A stretch of DNA of 64,000 nucleotides. It comes from Candidatus Latescibacterota bacterium (GTDB taxonomy: Bacteria > Latescibacterota > UBA2968 > SICM01). This document shows positions 43,666 to 56,023 of this stretch, in pieces (the stretch's first letter is position 1; each line of letters starts with the position of its first letter). Under the pieces are notes generated by a model. It saw only the letters and a list, made by a program, of their open reading frames with translations, was not told the origin of the DNA and did no database searches. Both the position numbers and the translations under genes were made by a program. Location of the stretch: NCBI GenBank assembly GCA_965217865.1, contig CBDCJO010000002.1, forward strand, positions 672,001-736,000, in the 5' to 3' direction.

Positions 43666-46600
43666 ATTCTCATCTGAAGATGTTTTGATGGTGATGGTAC
43701 CCTTCTTTTCAATCGCTTGCGCTGCATTCCGCAATAAAGTCATGAAAACTTGATTGAGCTCGGCTTGATAACATCGAATCTCTGGAATATCACCATAATT
43801 TTGTTCAACGCGCACTCGGTCTTTCATTTCGTGTTGGATTAACGTCAAGGCGCTATCCAACCCTTCATGAATGTTTGCCTTTTCGAATTCGGCTTCATCC
43901 AATCTGGTAAAATTTCGCAAGCTGGTTACAACTTTCATAATTCTTTCACCGGCAGATGATGCGACCTGACGATTTTCTTCGAGGATTTGAAGAGACTTCT
44001 GATAGGCACTATTATCCTTGAGTTCAGCAAGGGTGTTACTATTTTCCAAAATTTGATTTATTTTTGTGCCACATCGACTCATGGTGTCCACTGTACTTTT
44101 GAGCGCACCAATCGGCGTATTAATTTCATGAACAATGCCTGCGGTAAGCTTTCCCAACGCCGCCATCTTTTCTGATTGCACCAACTGCACCTGCGTATCT
44201 CGTATCTCTTTGGTTTTTTCTGCTACCTGAATTTCAAGGTTTTTCCTTTGGGTCTCAATATTCCTTATCCTTCTTCTGTACCAGCCAAACGCCAATGCCA
44301 AAACAGATGCACCTGCAACAATCCTGAACCACCAGGTTTGCCAGGGCGGTCGGTCTACGACGACCCCCAGCTCGGCGATGTGGTCACCCCATACGCCGTC
44401 CTTGTCGGCCGCAACGACCTCGAGCGTATAGCTTCCTCCCTGCAGGGCGGCGTAGCGACCACGACGTGTGGTGCCTGCGTCGTACCAGTCCTCGTCCACG
44501 CCTTCGAGCCGATAGCGGTACTGAATGTCACCGACGCTCCGGTAGTCCAGCCCGGCGAACTCGAACTCGAAAAGGTTGTTTCGCCAATCGAGATGGATCG
44601 ATCGGATTTTCTCAGGCGCAGCGCCCAGAGTGAGCGGCTTGCCGCGCTGCGTGAGCGAGGTAATGTACACCGGGATGGAGGTGGAGGTGGTCTCATCCGT
44701 GATCGCCTCGGGGTGAAAGCGGATGATGGTGTTGTCTTCATAGAACCAGAGCTCACCGTCCTCGGTGACCAGCGGCCGAAAAGCCCCGATGTGAAAGTCC
44801 ACTCTGTAGAGCTGAGCATCGCCGGTCTTGGGATCGAAGCGGACGATTCCCCCGTCACCGCCTATCCATAGCTGGCCTCTCGGATACTCCGTGATCTGCC
44901 CGGCCGAGCCCATCGGAAACGTGCCATCGCGCTCGGAGAAGCGGCGAAACGTCCCGGTGTTGGGATCGAAACGGTTCAGCCCGGCTTCACTGCCGATCCA
45001 ATAGGTACCCGAGGAATCCTTGAAGAATTGGTACAGGGTGTTGCTGGCGAGCGTGGTCGGATCGTCCGGGTTGTGCTTGTACTTGACTACAACCTTCCCG
45101 GTACGCGGGTTAAATCGGTCGAGTCCGCCTCCCAGCGACGCAACCCAGATGAAGCCCTCATCGTCCTGGTAGATGGAGAGGGCGACGCCAACGCTGAAGC
45201 TCGTCTCGGATGAAGGATCCGGTTCGAAGTAGGTCGTTTCCCCCGTGGGCTTGTGAAACTTCAGCAGCCCCAAGCCGGCGGTGCCAAACCAGAGGATATC
45301 CGGATCGCCGCGGTCCTCGATGGGGCTGTGTGGCCAGGCCTTGGCAGGATAGGTCTTTTTTGCTTTGCCCGTCTCCCGGTCGACGAGGACGATCCAATTC
45401 ATCGACGTCATCCATAGGTTTCCCTGCGTATCCTCGATGAGCGCGTGCCCGTACGATTCCGGCAGGCTCTCGGGGTCGTCCGGAACGTGGCGGTAGTGCG
45501 TAAACGCGCCGGTCTTGCGGTCGTAGCGGTCCAGCCCCGCCCCCCCTACGGCAATCCACACCACGCCGGTGCGGTCCTCGATGATCTGGCCGATATACGA
45601 TCCTTTGCTCACACTGTTATGTACGCCCGGCACGTGTCGCACCGTCTGGAACCTCTGCCCCTTCGGGTCGTATCGATTGATCTCGCCGCCCAGGGCGACA
45701 ATCCATACTGCGCCCGAGTTGTCCATGACGATGTCCAGGAGGAGGTTGCTGCTGATGTCATCGGGATCGTTGGCCTCGGAGTTGTACTGGTAGGGCGAAA
45801 ACGTCTCGTTGTCGGGGTCGAATATGTTGAGTCCGCCCCCAAACGTCGTGATCCACAGCTTGCCGTCCGGGAACTCGATCATCGAATAGACAGAATTGCT
45901 ACTCAGACCGGATGCACGCTCGGAGTCGGCGACATAGTGGGTCACGGTCCGAGTGACAGGGTCGAGCCTCTGCAAGCCCCTCATGGGTTCCCACCCAGAT
46001 CTTTCCGCCGCTGCCTTCCATGATGACGTTGACGTTGCTGCCATGCAGGCTTATCGGATCGTCACTCCGGCTCGGGTATCGCTCGACAACGATCCCCTTG
46101 GTGGGATCGAACTTATGCAGACCGTGGATCGTGCCGACCCACAGGAAGCCATGTCGGTCCTGGATTATCGCGCTTACGAAGTTATCGATGAGCTTTGCGG
46201 AGTCGGTCGGGTCGCTGCTGTAACGGGTGAAGCGCTTCTCACTCTTATCGTACCGGTTCAACCCGTCTCCGGTCCCGACCCATATCGCTCCATCGCTATC
46301 CTCGACGATCGTCTGGAACATCAGGATGTTGTCGTTGCTAATGCTTTCGGGCTGCCGGGGATCGTGCTTGTATTGAGTGAACCTGTCGGTCGCCTTGTCA
46401 TAAGAGCAGAGCCCGCTTGTCGTGCCGATCCAAAGGATACCCTCGCTGTCCTCGTAGAGGGCGTTCACGAAGTTTCCGGTGATGGAGTGCTCGCCAGCGG
46501 AGTAACGGTGGAAATCGTAGCCGTTGTACTTGACCAGTCCACTTTGCGTGGCCAACCACCAAAAGCCGTCCCGATCTTGAAGGATTGCGAATAAATCGAA

Positions 46601-46750
46601 CCCTGTCGCGATCTTCTCGAAGCGCGGGGACTGCGCCCGGGCGGTGGACAGCTCCGCATGCGCTTCAGGTGTTTTAACTTCTTGTGATTGTCCGAACCCT
46701 GTCGCCAGGCCGATTAGAATAAAGCCTATAAAGATGACCTGTTTTGTCAT
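43666..46750 (-). pseudogene. Beta-propeller (Reg_prop/Y_Y_Y) sensor histidine kinase; frameshift ~45985, HATPase end cut by IS
   Basis: Repeated ED..G.LW.GT..GL..YD, YRYRLEG.D..W (Y_Y_Y), TM PPWQTWW, QLVQSEKMAALGKLTAGIVHEINTP and LNQVFM.LL.NA. Confidence 0.9.
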
Positions 46751-46769
46751 AGCCTATTTTTCCTTCTTT

Positions 46770-46905
46770 TTATTTGTCAGCGGGAAAGTAAACACTGAAG
46801 GTCGTCTTACCGGGTTGACTTTCTACTTTAATTTTCCCGCCGTGCTTATCTATTATCTTCCTCACAATATCCAACCCAAGGCCGCAACCTTCTCCGGTTG
46901 GCTTA
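46770..46905 (-). pseudogene. Histidine kinase HATPase C-terminal fragment
   Basis: Manual translation [44 protein letters not shown]. Confidence 0.85.
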
Positions 46906-47328
46906 GAGTGTGGAGCAATTGCCGTCCCCAGCAAAGTTTACCCTCAATATACCGTTCTCGTTGAGAGCACGATAGAGAATCGGCAAGAGCATCTCATGAT
47001 CCCTGACCCAATGTAGAGTCGCGTTGGAGAATATCACGTCGAATTCGCCGCGGAAGTCAGCATCGAGCACATCGAGCAACTGGAAACAAAGATTGGGACG
47101 TTTTTGAGACCTAGCAGTGTCGATCATTCCCGCTGAAGCGTCAATCCCAAGGACTGATCCGTGAGAGACTCCATCTGCGAGATTAGTAGTTAGTGCGCCG
47201 TCACCACAGCCTATATCGAGAATACGTTCGTTCCCACGGAGGTTCAGCTCTTCGATCAGCCGAGCTCCCCACTCTTTCTGGTGGGTAGATGTTTCTCGAT
47301 AGCGCTTTCCATCGAATTCAGTTGGCAT
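46906..47328 (-). pseudogene. SAM-dependent methyltransferase (Tam-like), 3'-truncated
   Basis: ERILDIGCGDG, GIDASAGMI and FDVIFSNATLHWV; stops at the junction with the kinase fragment. Confidence 0.85.
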
Positions 47329-47420
47329 ATTACATGACCTCCCCGATAATGTTCCGCCGCTTGCCAAGTCGCCTGAGGAACGAAGCTGCTTCATCCTACA
47401 GTTCTTCATCAGCTGCATGC

Positions 47421-47945
47421 TCAGATTTGAGCCTCAACCAGAGCTCGGCTAACATCATCAAGCTTTCTATAGTCTGGAATCTCGTATCGGTTTCTATCTG
47501 CATCATAGATTATGATCCGACCACTTTTCATAATTCTTATGTCATTATGTGTGTTCTCGGCCTCAAAGACAGTTCGTCCCTTGTTTGTCTCTACGTCCCA
47601 AATATTGATTGCCAGATGTGATTTGATGGAATTTATTCGGATAATTCTTGGAGCAAAATATACCATGTTCAACTGGGCGTATAGAACATGTTGACTATCC
47701 GGATCAAGATCGGAGACCTTTCTTATGATTCCTAACTCATCACCCTCGACTTTCTTTACAGCAATATACTGATCCTCCATAGTTAATGGAAAAGCACGCC
47801 GGAGTATGAGAGGGCTATGTGTAACTCCTTTCTCAAGTTCTACTGTGAGATCATCAAACTCGTTGAGGGAAAACCGGACTCGCTCTGGGTTAAAAAAATG
47901 TAATTCTCCCTCTATGTCACATATATCTTCTTGCCGTGTTTGCAT
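47421..47945 (-). CDS. DUF1854 domain protein
   Basis: RAFPLT...YI, ELGII, YFAPRI.RI, WDVETNKG...F and IYDADRNRYEIPD..KLD..S. Confidence 0.85.
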   Translation of the reverse strand: MQTRQEDICDIEGELHFFNPERVRFSLNEFDDLTVELEKGVTHSPLILRRAFPLTMEDQYIAVKKVEGDELGIIRKVSDLDPDSQHVLYAQLNMVYFAPRIIRINSIKSHLAINIWDVETNKGRTVFEAENTHNDIRIMKSGRIIIYDADRNRYEIPDYRKLDDVSRALVEAQI

Positions 47946-48590
47946 TTTCCTCTCCTTGCATTTTACCAAGCGTGAATCCTTAACATCTCACTTTGCATTC
48001 GGCAGGAGATCCAATTAAGGACAGACTACGTGCACCGTTGAATGCATACTCCAGCGGCTTGCGGTCGCAGAACTTGCAACTGCACTTTACAAGCAACGAG
48101 GTTCCGGGGGGAGCCTAAAGCAGCTAAAAGAGACGAAAAAGTGCTCAACTTGGATCCCCACTCCCCGGTATACGGGTTAGGGAGAGATCGTGGATTCTGG
48201 AGGCAAAAGGCCGCTTCTACAGGCGGTGTGGGTGAAATCTTGGGGAGGTCATAGATGTGGGGTGGCTCAATATCTTGCTAAAGAGGTACCAGGGGCTCCA
48301 AGGGACCAATCTCAGGCCCAAAATTCTGCAGCTCATTACCCGGGATGTCATAGATTACCTCTTGCCCCAGGATATGCAAGGGGTATGCCACCACAAAAAC
48401 AGTTCGGAAACTGATGAAAGTTCAAGTCATGTGAAAATTTTTTTCATCCGTGACTTTCGGTTCCTGCACGCGATTTTCAAACCGTTGATGCTGGAAACGG
48501 GATTCGATTCGAATACAGAGGAGGATGCTGGGGAACACGAGAAGCTTCGGGGGAATCTAAATGATAGGAGGCTGTTTAACCCCAGCAATG

Positions 48591-48620
48591 AAAAAGCCCC
48601 GAGTGATCAAACTCCGGGGC
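48591..48620 (-). terminator. Intrinsic terminator (minus strand)
   Basis: gccccggagt-ttgatc-actcggggc followed by ttttt. Confidence 0.7.
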
Positions 48621-48773
48621 CTACGACATTTTCCTAACATTTCCTTTTCATGGGGGTATTGTTCCCCCAAATTGGCATTGGATGTTCTACCTATTTGTGA
48701 TCAATATCACGACCTTCCAACCGACAAATATGGATGTGTTCCGGAAAAGTTCCGTTCCCTCGTCCTTTTACAC

Positions 48774-50150
48774 TTACCCCCCAAAACTCTCCGCGAATAT
48801 AAAAAAGTCATCCAAATCGACCTTCCCGCTACCGTCCATGTCGAACTTCGGATCAAAGTCCGGATCGTCCTGCTCCGAGTTGAATGCCGCGGCAAATTCG
48901 ATAAAATCGTCGAAGTCCACCTTTCCGTCGCCCGTGAAGTCCCCTGGGGATCGCGCCCTCGACAGTGAACGTGACCGAATCGAAGGCGCTTTCCGGATCC
49001 GTCACGATCAAAGTCAACGTCTCCTGGTCCCTCCAGTCCGCAGGCGCCGTAATGGACAGTATTTGGTTTTCATCCACGGAGGCGGCCACGACCGACCCTC
49101 CGCTGAAGGTCCACCGCAGGAATGAGACGGGGACGTCGGAATCCGAAACAAAGAGGGAGAGGTCGATGGGTTCGGAACTCCCCCCCACAAGCAGGAACTC
49201 AGTCGGAAATTCTTCGATGATGACAGGGGGACGATTCGCCGGGTTGACGCGGAGGGTTGCATCCCCCGATGCGGATCCACCGGCAGGGTTCGTTACCGTG
49301 AATGAAAGGATCGTCTCTCCGGTGTATCCGTCAGGGGGCTTCACCGAAACCTCCTTGGCCGGATCATCGATTGTCACGACAAATCCCGAATCCTGAGCAG
49401 AAACCGCCCACTCAAGTTGATCCGTCGAATAGTCGGGGTCCGATGCCAGAGGGATCAGATCCAGGACAAGCGTAGAATCCCTTCGCATAGCCAGAAAAAC
49501 AGGAAGGTCCAGGAGGGGAGGCGGAACTGCCAGGTGCAAGGCGTTCCAGGCGGCCAAGGGAAAGGTCAGGCCCTCGGCGGTCTGGATCTGGAAGGAGGAT
49601 CTGAAAGTCGCAGTATCAGGCTCGACCGAAACGATCACCTCCCCCCCGTGAGGAATCGGTTGGATCATCCGGAACGACATCGAAGCGACCAGACCCGAAT
49701 CCGACGACGTGATCCCTGAAAGCAGTCCCTCGGCGTAGATGATCCCGTTGTACTTATTCGGATTCTCCGTGTTGAATTCGTTCGCAATCTCGTTCGACCC
49801 GGTGATCAACCCCTCCGAACGGACCGGCTGGAGTCCCGATACCACAGTGTCCGCATCGATCGGGAAGAGAAACTCGGGATCGAACCGGATGTAGAATTCC
49901 ACACCCGTCAGGGCCTGGCCCATCACGCCATTGACGATGACGTTCACAACGATAGTGTCGCCCACCTGAGCATTTCGCAGCGTGTCTCCGCTTGCCCGAT
50001 CGATCAACCCGATTTGACTTCTCGGCAGATCAAACCCATCTCCGAAGGCCTCCCCGATTGATATGAAAAGCAGGAAACCTGTCAGGGATATCCGTAAAAT
50101 CCGAAGATGGTGCTCGATCGGCCGACCCTTCCGTCCTTCGAAGTTCGCCA
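48774..50150 (-). pseudogene. Secreted cohesin-like + cadherin/Ig-like + dockerin/EF-hand protein; frameshift ~48945, start uncertain
   Basis: VGDTIVVNV...LTGVEFYIRFDP (cohesin-like), two LDL...SD.D...L.W repeats, and after the shift GDFTGDGKVDFDDFIEFAAAF...FDMDGSGKVDLDDFFIFAESFGG*. Confidence 0.75.
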
Positions 50151-50326
50151 GGGCCTTCTCCTTTTCGGCGTCAACCGTCTGGTTTTGGGGAAATGTGATG
50201 AGCCCGGTTTAAGGGATCAGAACAGGTTTTGGGAGTAGAAAGACAGGTTGGAAGATCAGGGTGGGATTGAGCTAACCGGTCGGGAAAAAATTCCCGGAGT
50301 GAGAACCGCTCAGCCTAGTTAACTTT

Positions 50327-53300
50327 TTACCGCAAAAGCAGCATCCGCCTTACCCCTCGAAACGTCCCGGTCTCCAGCCTGTAGAAATAGTTGACCGTTG
50401 AATCGGCGTTGAAATCCGCTACCCACGCAGGATCCGTGGAATCCGTGATGTTGATCGTTGCGAAGTGTTTCGCGAGAAGACCGAAATCCGCGAGGTTTAC
50501 GTTGTTGTCGTTGTCGGCGTCGCCTCCCCGCAACTCATTGAAGACCGCCCCGGCGGAGGAGACCCACTGGAAGGAAATCGGGGCGAGCGTCGTATCCGGC
50601 CCAACCGTGAGAGAGTCCCCCGTAACCCGTCCCCTCAAGTAATGGAAAGCCTTCACGTATGCGGCGTATGTACCCGTTGGAACCTGGATGAGTGAGAACT
50701 CACCTTCCTCATCGAGCGTAAGCTGGATCCCTTCACGGTTTTTGTCCTGGTCGTTCGCGGGTGTGTAGGCCGTTGAAAGAGGGAGTCCATCCGTCTTTCG
50801 GAGATCCACCCGCACATCAAGATCAAGATCCGTTGTGCGGCCCTGAAAGTCCACCCCTCCATTGATGCGGTAGTTCTGTACCACAAAGGTGGCGGGCTGT
50901 TGCGGAAGGTTGGGGGAAATGGCGGATCCGTCAGCGGAGTTGATCAGCACGGTTCTCCGATTGTTAGCGGCATCGTTGGAGATGGCCAGGGTGGTCACGG
51001 TGTCCTTTGCGGTTGAGAAAGAGATCGTCCCGATTTCGAGGGTGAGACCGTCGCTCAGGGAGAGGGAACCGACCGAGAGATTGATCATTCCCGTAGTATC
51101 CGCAACCACTTTGTTTTCGAGCACCTGCATCCCGCCGGATAAGAGATCGGTATTCAAGGAGAACGGCTGAAGCCCCTCCTCCTCCGGTATGCCGTCCAGA
51201 ACCGTTACCGCCGTCGAATCGAAGTCCAGAAAAAGTGAGATTCCGCTTAACTCGAAACTCAGCGGGTCGAGGGTAACTCGCACGGAGACCGTGTCTCCAA
51301 CGCTGTAAATGCCCAGATTTGAAAATTCGAAGTCGAGGTTGCCGTCGCGATTGCCGACCGAGCGGAAGCCACGCCGAAGTTGTCCTCCGCCGTGACGTAA
51401 TAGTAGAAGGGTACTCCCAGGGTCGCCGTGCTGTCCACGCCGCTTCGCGTAACGATCGTGGAATCCCGGGATACGAACGGATCCGAGGTGCTCACGGTGA
51501 CGATCCGGGTATAGACCCCGTCATTGGCATCGGACCGGAAAACCTCGTAAGTTGAAGTTCTGCCCGTCTCTTCATCCACCCTGGGTTGTTCCCACACCAG
51601 GGTGATCCGCCCACCCAGATCCGCAGGGGTGTCCGAGGCCGTCAGGTTCCGGGGAGGGGCTGGGGGTTTGATAGAAGCGGAAAGGACGTTCTGGAACAGA
51701 ACAACCGCATTGGCCCCGGAAGAAACCGCGACCGCATCAGGCCGCCCATCCCCGTCGTAATCCGCGGTCTCGACCCTGTCGATACCGGTGAGGCTACCCT
51801 GATTCGGACCTGCACCGAGCTTCCCTGTCCCATCGTTGATCAGGGATTCGACCGTCGAAACTCCATTCCCGGTCTGGGTTGCAACCGCCAGATCGGGCCT
51901 TCCGTCTCCATTGAAGTCCTTCGCAACGATCGACCTCGGACCGGCCCCCACGGCGTGCTCCTGAAGGGGAAAGAAGGTCCCCCGGCCGCCGTTCAGGAAG
52001 ACCGAGATCGTGTTGACGTTGTCGTTCGCGGTCAGCAGATCAAGATCCGTATCCCCGTCAAGGTCCATCACGGCCACAGACTCGATTGGATGTCCCACAA
52101 ACAGATCGAGGAAAAAGCTGAACCCCCCGAATCCATCGTTCCTGAGAATCGTAACGCTCTGACCCACCCGATTGCCCACGACCAGGTCCGGGTTCCCGTC
52201 CTCATCCACATCCCCCGCCACAATCGACCGGGGATCACCCCCCACGGGTACATCTTTCCGGACGAAGAATCCCCCCACCTGGTTGATCAGCACCGAGACG
52301 GTGTTGTCGTCCCCGTTGGCAACGGCCAGGTCTACGAGAGCCTGGGTATCCAGGTTTGCCGACACGATCGCGATCGGATTTTTTCCAACCCCATAAGTGA
52401 CCTGCGAGGCGCTTGTCACATCGATTCGGTAAACCCCGTTGAACGTCCCGGAGTAAGCCCGATTCACCTGGATGGGATCGACGGCCATCGAACGTGAAGT
52501 CAGTCCCGTAGGCAGGGAAGCGATCGGATCCCAGATCTCCGCGCCGACGGTACTTCGGAAAACGTCCTCGATGAGAGTTCCCCCGTAAAGAAATTCCGGA
52601 TTGGACGGCGCTTGCGCAAGCGATAGAACATCGGAGGTGTCGGAGATCCCACCCTGTTTCTTCACCCAGTTGTTCCCCCCATCGGTCGACTTATAAAACC
52701 CATTCGCAGCGACCCCGGCATAGGGCCGGGTTGATCAGCATACCTCTTAACGCGTCGCTCGGACCCGTGGGAAGACCGTTCGAGATCGGGACCCAGTTCG
52801 CGGTTCCTCCCTGGTTCCTGAACACTCCGTCGGTGAGCGTCCCCGCAAAGACCACCGTGTCCAGGCTCGTCGGGTGGTTCGCGATGAAGTAGACGTTGGA
52901 AAGGCTATCCGGAGAACCCCCGGTGAACGTGGAATCCCGGCGATTGAAAACGGACCAGGACGCCCCTGAATCCGTGCTCCTGAAAAGACCTGATGTCAGG
53001 GTCCCTGCATACATGAGGGTCGTATCCTGCGGATCGATGGCGATGGCGTGGATCGTATTCATCTCCGAAGGCTGGCCCGGCAACTTGGTCCAGGTTGAAC
53101 CGTCTACTGTCTTATAGATTCCGTCGTTTGACGTCCCTGCATAGAGGACCCGGGGGTTTGACGGATTCGAGATGAGTTCAAAGATGCCCTGGGCAGGGAT
53201 GCGGGTCCCGAAACCGCCCGCCGAGGTGTCCCCCGTCGAGGCTCGCACCTTCAGGAGCCCCTGGTCCGTTCCGACATAGAGGGTATCGGGGGCCCTTGGG

Positions 53301-53440
53301 TCCGGGAGGATCGCATTAACCGGTCGGCTGCCCGGTGAGACCTCGGCTGTTGTGGAGATCAGAGTCCATACGTCGCCCTGTGCGGGGAGTGCGGAAGGCA
53401 CAAGGAGCAATGTCAAAAAGGTGTGAAATATATATTTCAT
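50327..53440 (-). pseudogene. Large secreted modular protein (BNR/VPS10 propeller, FG-GAP/VCBS repeats, Fn3, cohesin, dockerin, FlgD/T9SS-like tail) split by frameshifts
   Basis: Three consecutive ORFs contain GLFRSTDSGASW, GDVDEDGNPDLVV, DFNGDGRPDLAV, PAPPRNLTASD, GDADNDNNVNLADF and terminal YFYRLETGTFRGVRRMLLLR. Confidence 0.8.
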
Positions 53441-53512
53441 ATCAGATTGGATGTTGGATTAAAAACCAGCTTTCTTCTGTATTCTATACTCTGTATTCTG
53501 CCTCTTCTTTCC

Positions 53513-55327
53513 TTATTCCCATTCAATCGTCCCCGGGGGTTTGTGTGTGATATCATACAACACCGCATCCACACCGCCCAGCGCAAGGATGGAACTTGCG
53601 ATTTTCTCCACAACCGGTTTAGGAAGTTCGGCAAAACGAGCCGTCATGAAATCAGGCGTGGAGACGGGTCGAAGGACCACGAGCTCCTTCTGTCCGTCCG
53701 AAGATAACGGTACCAGTACCGTAGGCATCTGGGATACCTGATCCATCAGCCCGTAATCGTCTAAGGCCTTCATGGCGATGTCATCGGCCTCCCGCAGCAG
53801 GTCGAGCCGGTTGCGGCTCAGGAACGCCCGTTTCGGACGAAGATCGGGCAGAGCGTCGGGTGCGACCAGATAGACAACCCGGTTGACCGAGCCGATGTTG
53901 TTCGTGATTTCTGTGGAGACCTTCTCCAACTCCTTCCATCCAGCCTGCCCCCAGAGCACGGCGGGGTGCGCATAAGTCCTGAAGTCCCCCTGCACGCCGA
54001 CACTCCTCAGCGGAAGAATCCGTGCGCCCAGGCCTTCCCTCCCTGCGATCTCCTCGACAAGCTTTTCCGCGCCTTCGTCCAGGTCCTGAAACGCTTCATC
54101 TCCCCTGGCACAAAGTGTTCGAACGGCCAATCCCGGTCCGGGGAAAGGATGGCGTCCTATCAGGCGCTCCGGAAGACCCAGGACTTTTCCCAACTGACGG
54201 ACCTCATCCTTGTAGAGATCCGCAAGCGGCTCTACAACCTTCCCTTCCCCAATCAGGGCTTCGATCAGGTCGATCCGGTTGTGATGCGTCTTGATCACTC
54301 CGGCGTGCTCCGTCCCCCCCGATTCGATGGTATCCGGATAGAGCGTTCCCTGTCCCAGCAGGTAGACATCGGGATCCAGGCCCATGTCCGCAAGGGCCCG
54401 GTCCTTCACCTTGAGAAAGGTCTCTCCGATGGCCTTCCGCTTTTCTTCGGGTTCGAAAAGCCCTTCGGTGTCCAGCAAAAAATCATCCGAGGCATCCACA
54501 ACGTGGAGATTGTGAAGCCCCTCTTCCGATAGCAATTCCTCCACAACCGCGGTCTCCTGTTTGCGCATGAAACCGTTGTCGATGTGAAGTCCAAGGACGC
54601 GGTTTTCGCCCATCGCGCGGTTCAGGAGGACAAAGGCCACTGCCGAATCGACCCCGCCGCTTACGAGCAGGAAGACATTGCGGTCTCCCATCCTAGCCCG
54701 GATATCCTCCGTCGCGGTCTGTAGATAATGCTCCATCGTCCACGTTCTGGGGCATTCACACGCGTTCAGGAAATTATCCAGGATCTGCAACCCCGATGGG
54801 GTGTGCGCGACCTCCGGGTGAAACTGAAGTCCGTAAATCCTCCGGGAATGATCCCCCACTGCGGCCGTCGGGCAGTCAGGTGTCTCGCCCAGGATCTCGA
54901 AACCGGAGGGGAGGCGCCGAACCGTATCCCCGTGGCTCATCCAGACTGTCTCTTCCCCGTCCAGGCCCTTCAGAATCCCTGAGCCGGAAATGACCCTCAT
55001 TCGCGCGGTGCCGAACTCCTTTGTCGCACCCGGTGTAACTTCTCCCCCCAGGTGCCGGCAGAGAAGCTGATGCCCGTAGCACAGACCTAGAACCGGTTTG
55101 CCCAGATTCAAAACCGCGGGATTGAACGGAGGCGCATCAGGGTCATACACGCTTGCCGGACCTCCGGAAAGGATGATCCCACAGACCCCTTTCAGATCTC
55201 TCTCATCCAGATCCGGCTGCTTAATCTCCGAGTAGACCTCGAGACGGCGAACGCGATTTGCTATCAAGTGAGCGTACTGTCCTCCGAAATCCAGAACCAC
55301 GATCCCGCCCTTCACGCTCGTCTCCAA
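53513..55327 (-). CDS. guaA: GMP synthase (glutamine-hydrolysing), long form
   Basis: VLDFGGQY.HLI, ILSGGPASV, GLCYGHQ, QFHPEV, SGGVDS, QGTLYPD.IES, IKTHHN, HPFPGPGL and KPPGTIEWE. Confidence 0.98.
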   Translation of the reverse strand: METSVKGGIVVLDFGGQYAHLIANRVRRLEVYSEIKQPDLDERDLKGVCGIILSGGPASVYDPDAPPFNPAVLNLGKPVLGLCYGHQLLCRHLGGEVTPGATKEFGTARMRVISGSGILKGLDGEETVWMSHGDTVRRLPSGFEILGETPDCPTAAVGDHSRRIYGLQFHPEVAHTPSGLQILDNFLNACECPRTWTMEHYLQTATEDIRARMGDRNVFLLVSGGVDSAVAFVLLNRAMGENRVLGLHIDNGFMRKQETAVVEELLSEEGLHNLHVVDASDDFLLDTEGLFEPEEKRKAIGETFLKVKDRALADMGLDPDVYLLGQGTLYPDTIESGGTEHAGVIKTHHNRIDLIEALIGEGKVVEPLADLYKDEVRQLGKVLGLPERLIGRHPFPGPGLAVRTLCARGDEAFQDLDEGAEKLVEEIAGREGLGARILPLRSVGVQGDFRTYAHPAVLWGQAGWKELEKVSTEITNNIGSVNRVVYLVAPDALPDLRPKRAFLSRNRLDLLREADDIAMKALDDYGLMDQVSQMPTVLVPLSSDGQKELVVLRPVSTPDFMTARFAELPKPVVEKIASSILALGGVDAVLYDITHKPPGTIEWE

Positions 55328-55377
55328 AAATCCATACCCCTACGTCAAAAAATCTATCATTTCCGGAATATTGTAAC

Positions 55378-55806
55378 TTACAGGTTCTTTATTTTTTTTA
55401 TATCGATTTTCTTTTCGCTTCCCTTCTGCCAATCGAACTCGTTATCGAAGTCATAGACCCCTGAGAAATCCTCGATCCGATCCTCCTCAGTCTTGCTCAT
55501 CAAACCCGCTTTCACCAGGGCGAACACCATTCCGCCAAAATCATCCGTCTTCGTGATCCCCCAGTGCTCCAGTACGGATCGCGCCATCGGACCGTACTGT
55601 TCCCTCGCGAAGGCCGCGATGCCCCGTGCCAGTTCCTGCCCCGACACGTGGCGTTTCTCTTGGGTCTCCTCTTTGTCTCGGCCAAGATCCCGAACCGTGA
55701 ATTCGAGAGCCGCATATAAAAAGAAATATGCCTCCTTGCGATACCGGCCGTCCCTCTCCGCCAGCTCCTCTACCTGTTTAATAAAATCATGCTCCTTTTC
55801 TGCCAT
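55378..55806 (-). CDS. Minf_1886 family protein
   Basis: D.RY..EAY.F...AL, RHVSGQEL..G, YGPMA..VL.HWG...T.DFG.MVF.LV and D..EDF...YDF. Confidence 0.85.
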   Translation of the reverse strand: MAEKEHDFIKQVEELAERDGRYRKEAYFFLYAALEFTVRDLGRDKEETQEKRHVSGQELARGIAAFAREQYGPMARSVLEHWGITKTDDFGGMVFALVKAGLMSKTEEDRIEDFSGVYDFDNEFDWQKGSEKKIDIKKIKNL

Positions 55807-56023
55807 AGCCACACGACTCCTTGGTTGCCTTCGAGACGCCCAATCCCCGGATAGAGTACAATAATAGGATAACCTTCTCTCCCGGTCAATCCATTTTTGG
55901 ACGTTCATTTTGAACGGACCCCATTGGCTGGGAAGCCAAAAGGCTTGTCATGCCTTTCCCGCTGTCCTATATTCTATCCACCTTTCACGATGCCAAGTGT
56001 TAAACCTGTCGCCATTCGGGAAC

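Noticed and set aside
48020-48560. Possible riboswitch (c-di-AMP-like GGGGGA / GGGTGAA words) or coding ORF
   Set aside because: Motif order and pairing do not fit the family, and the ORFs have no support.
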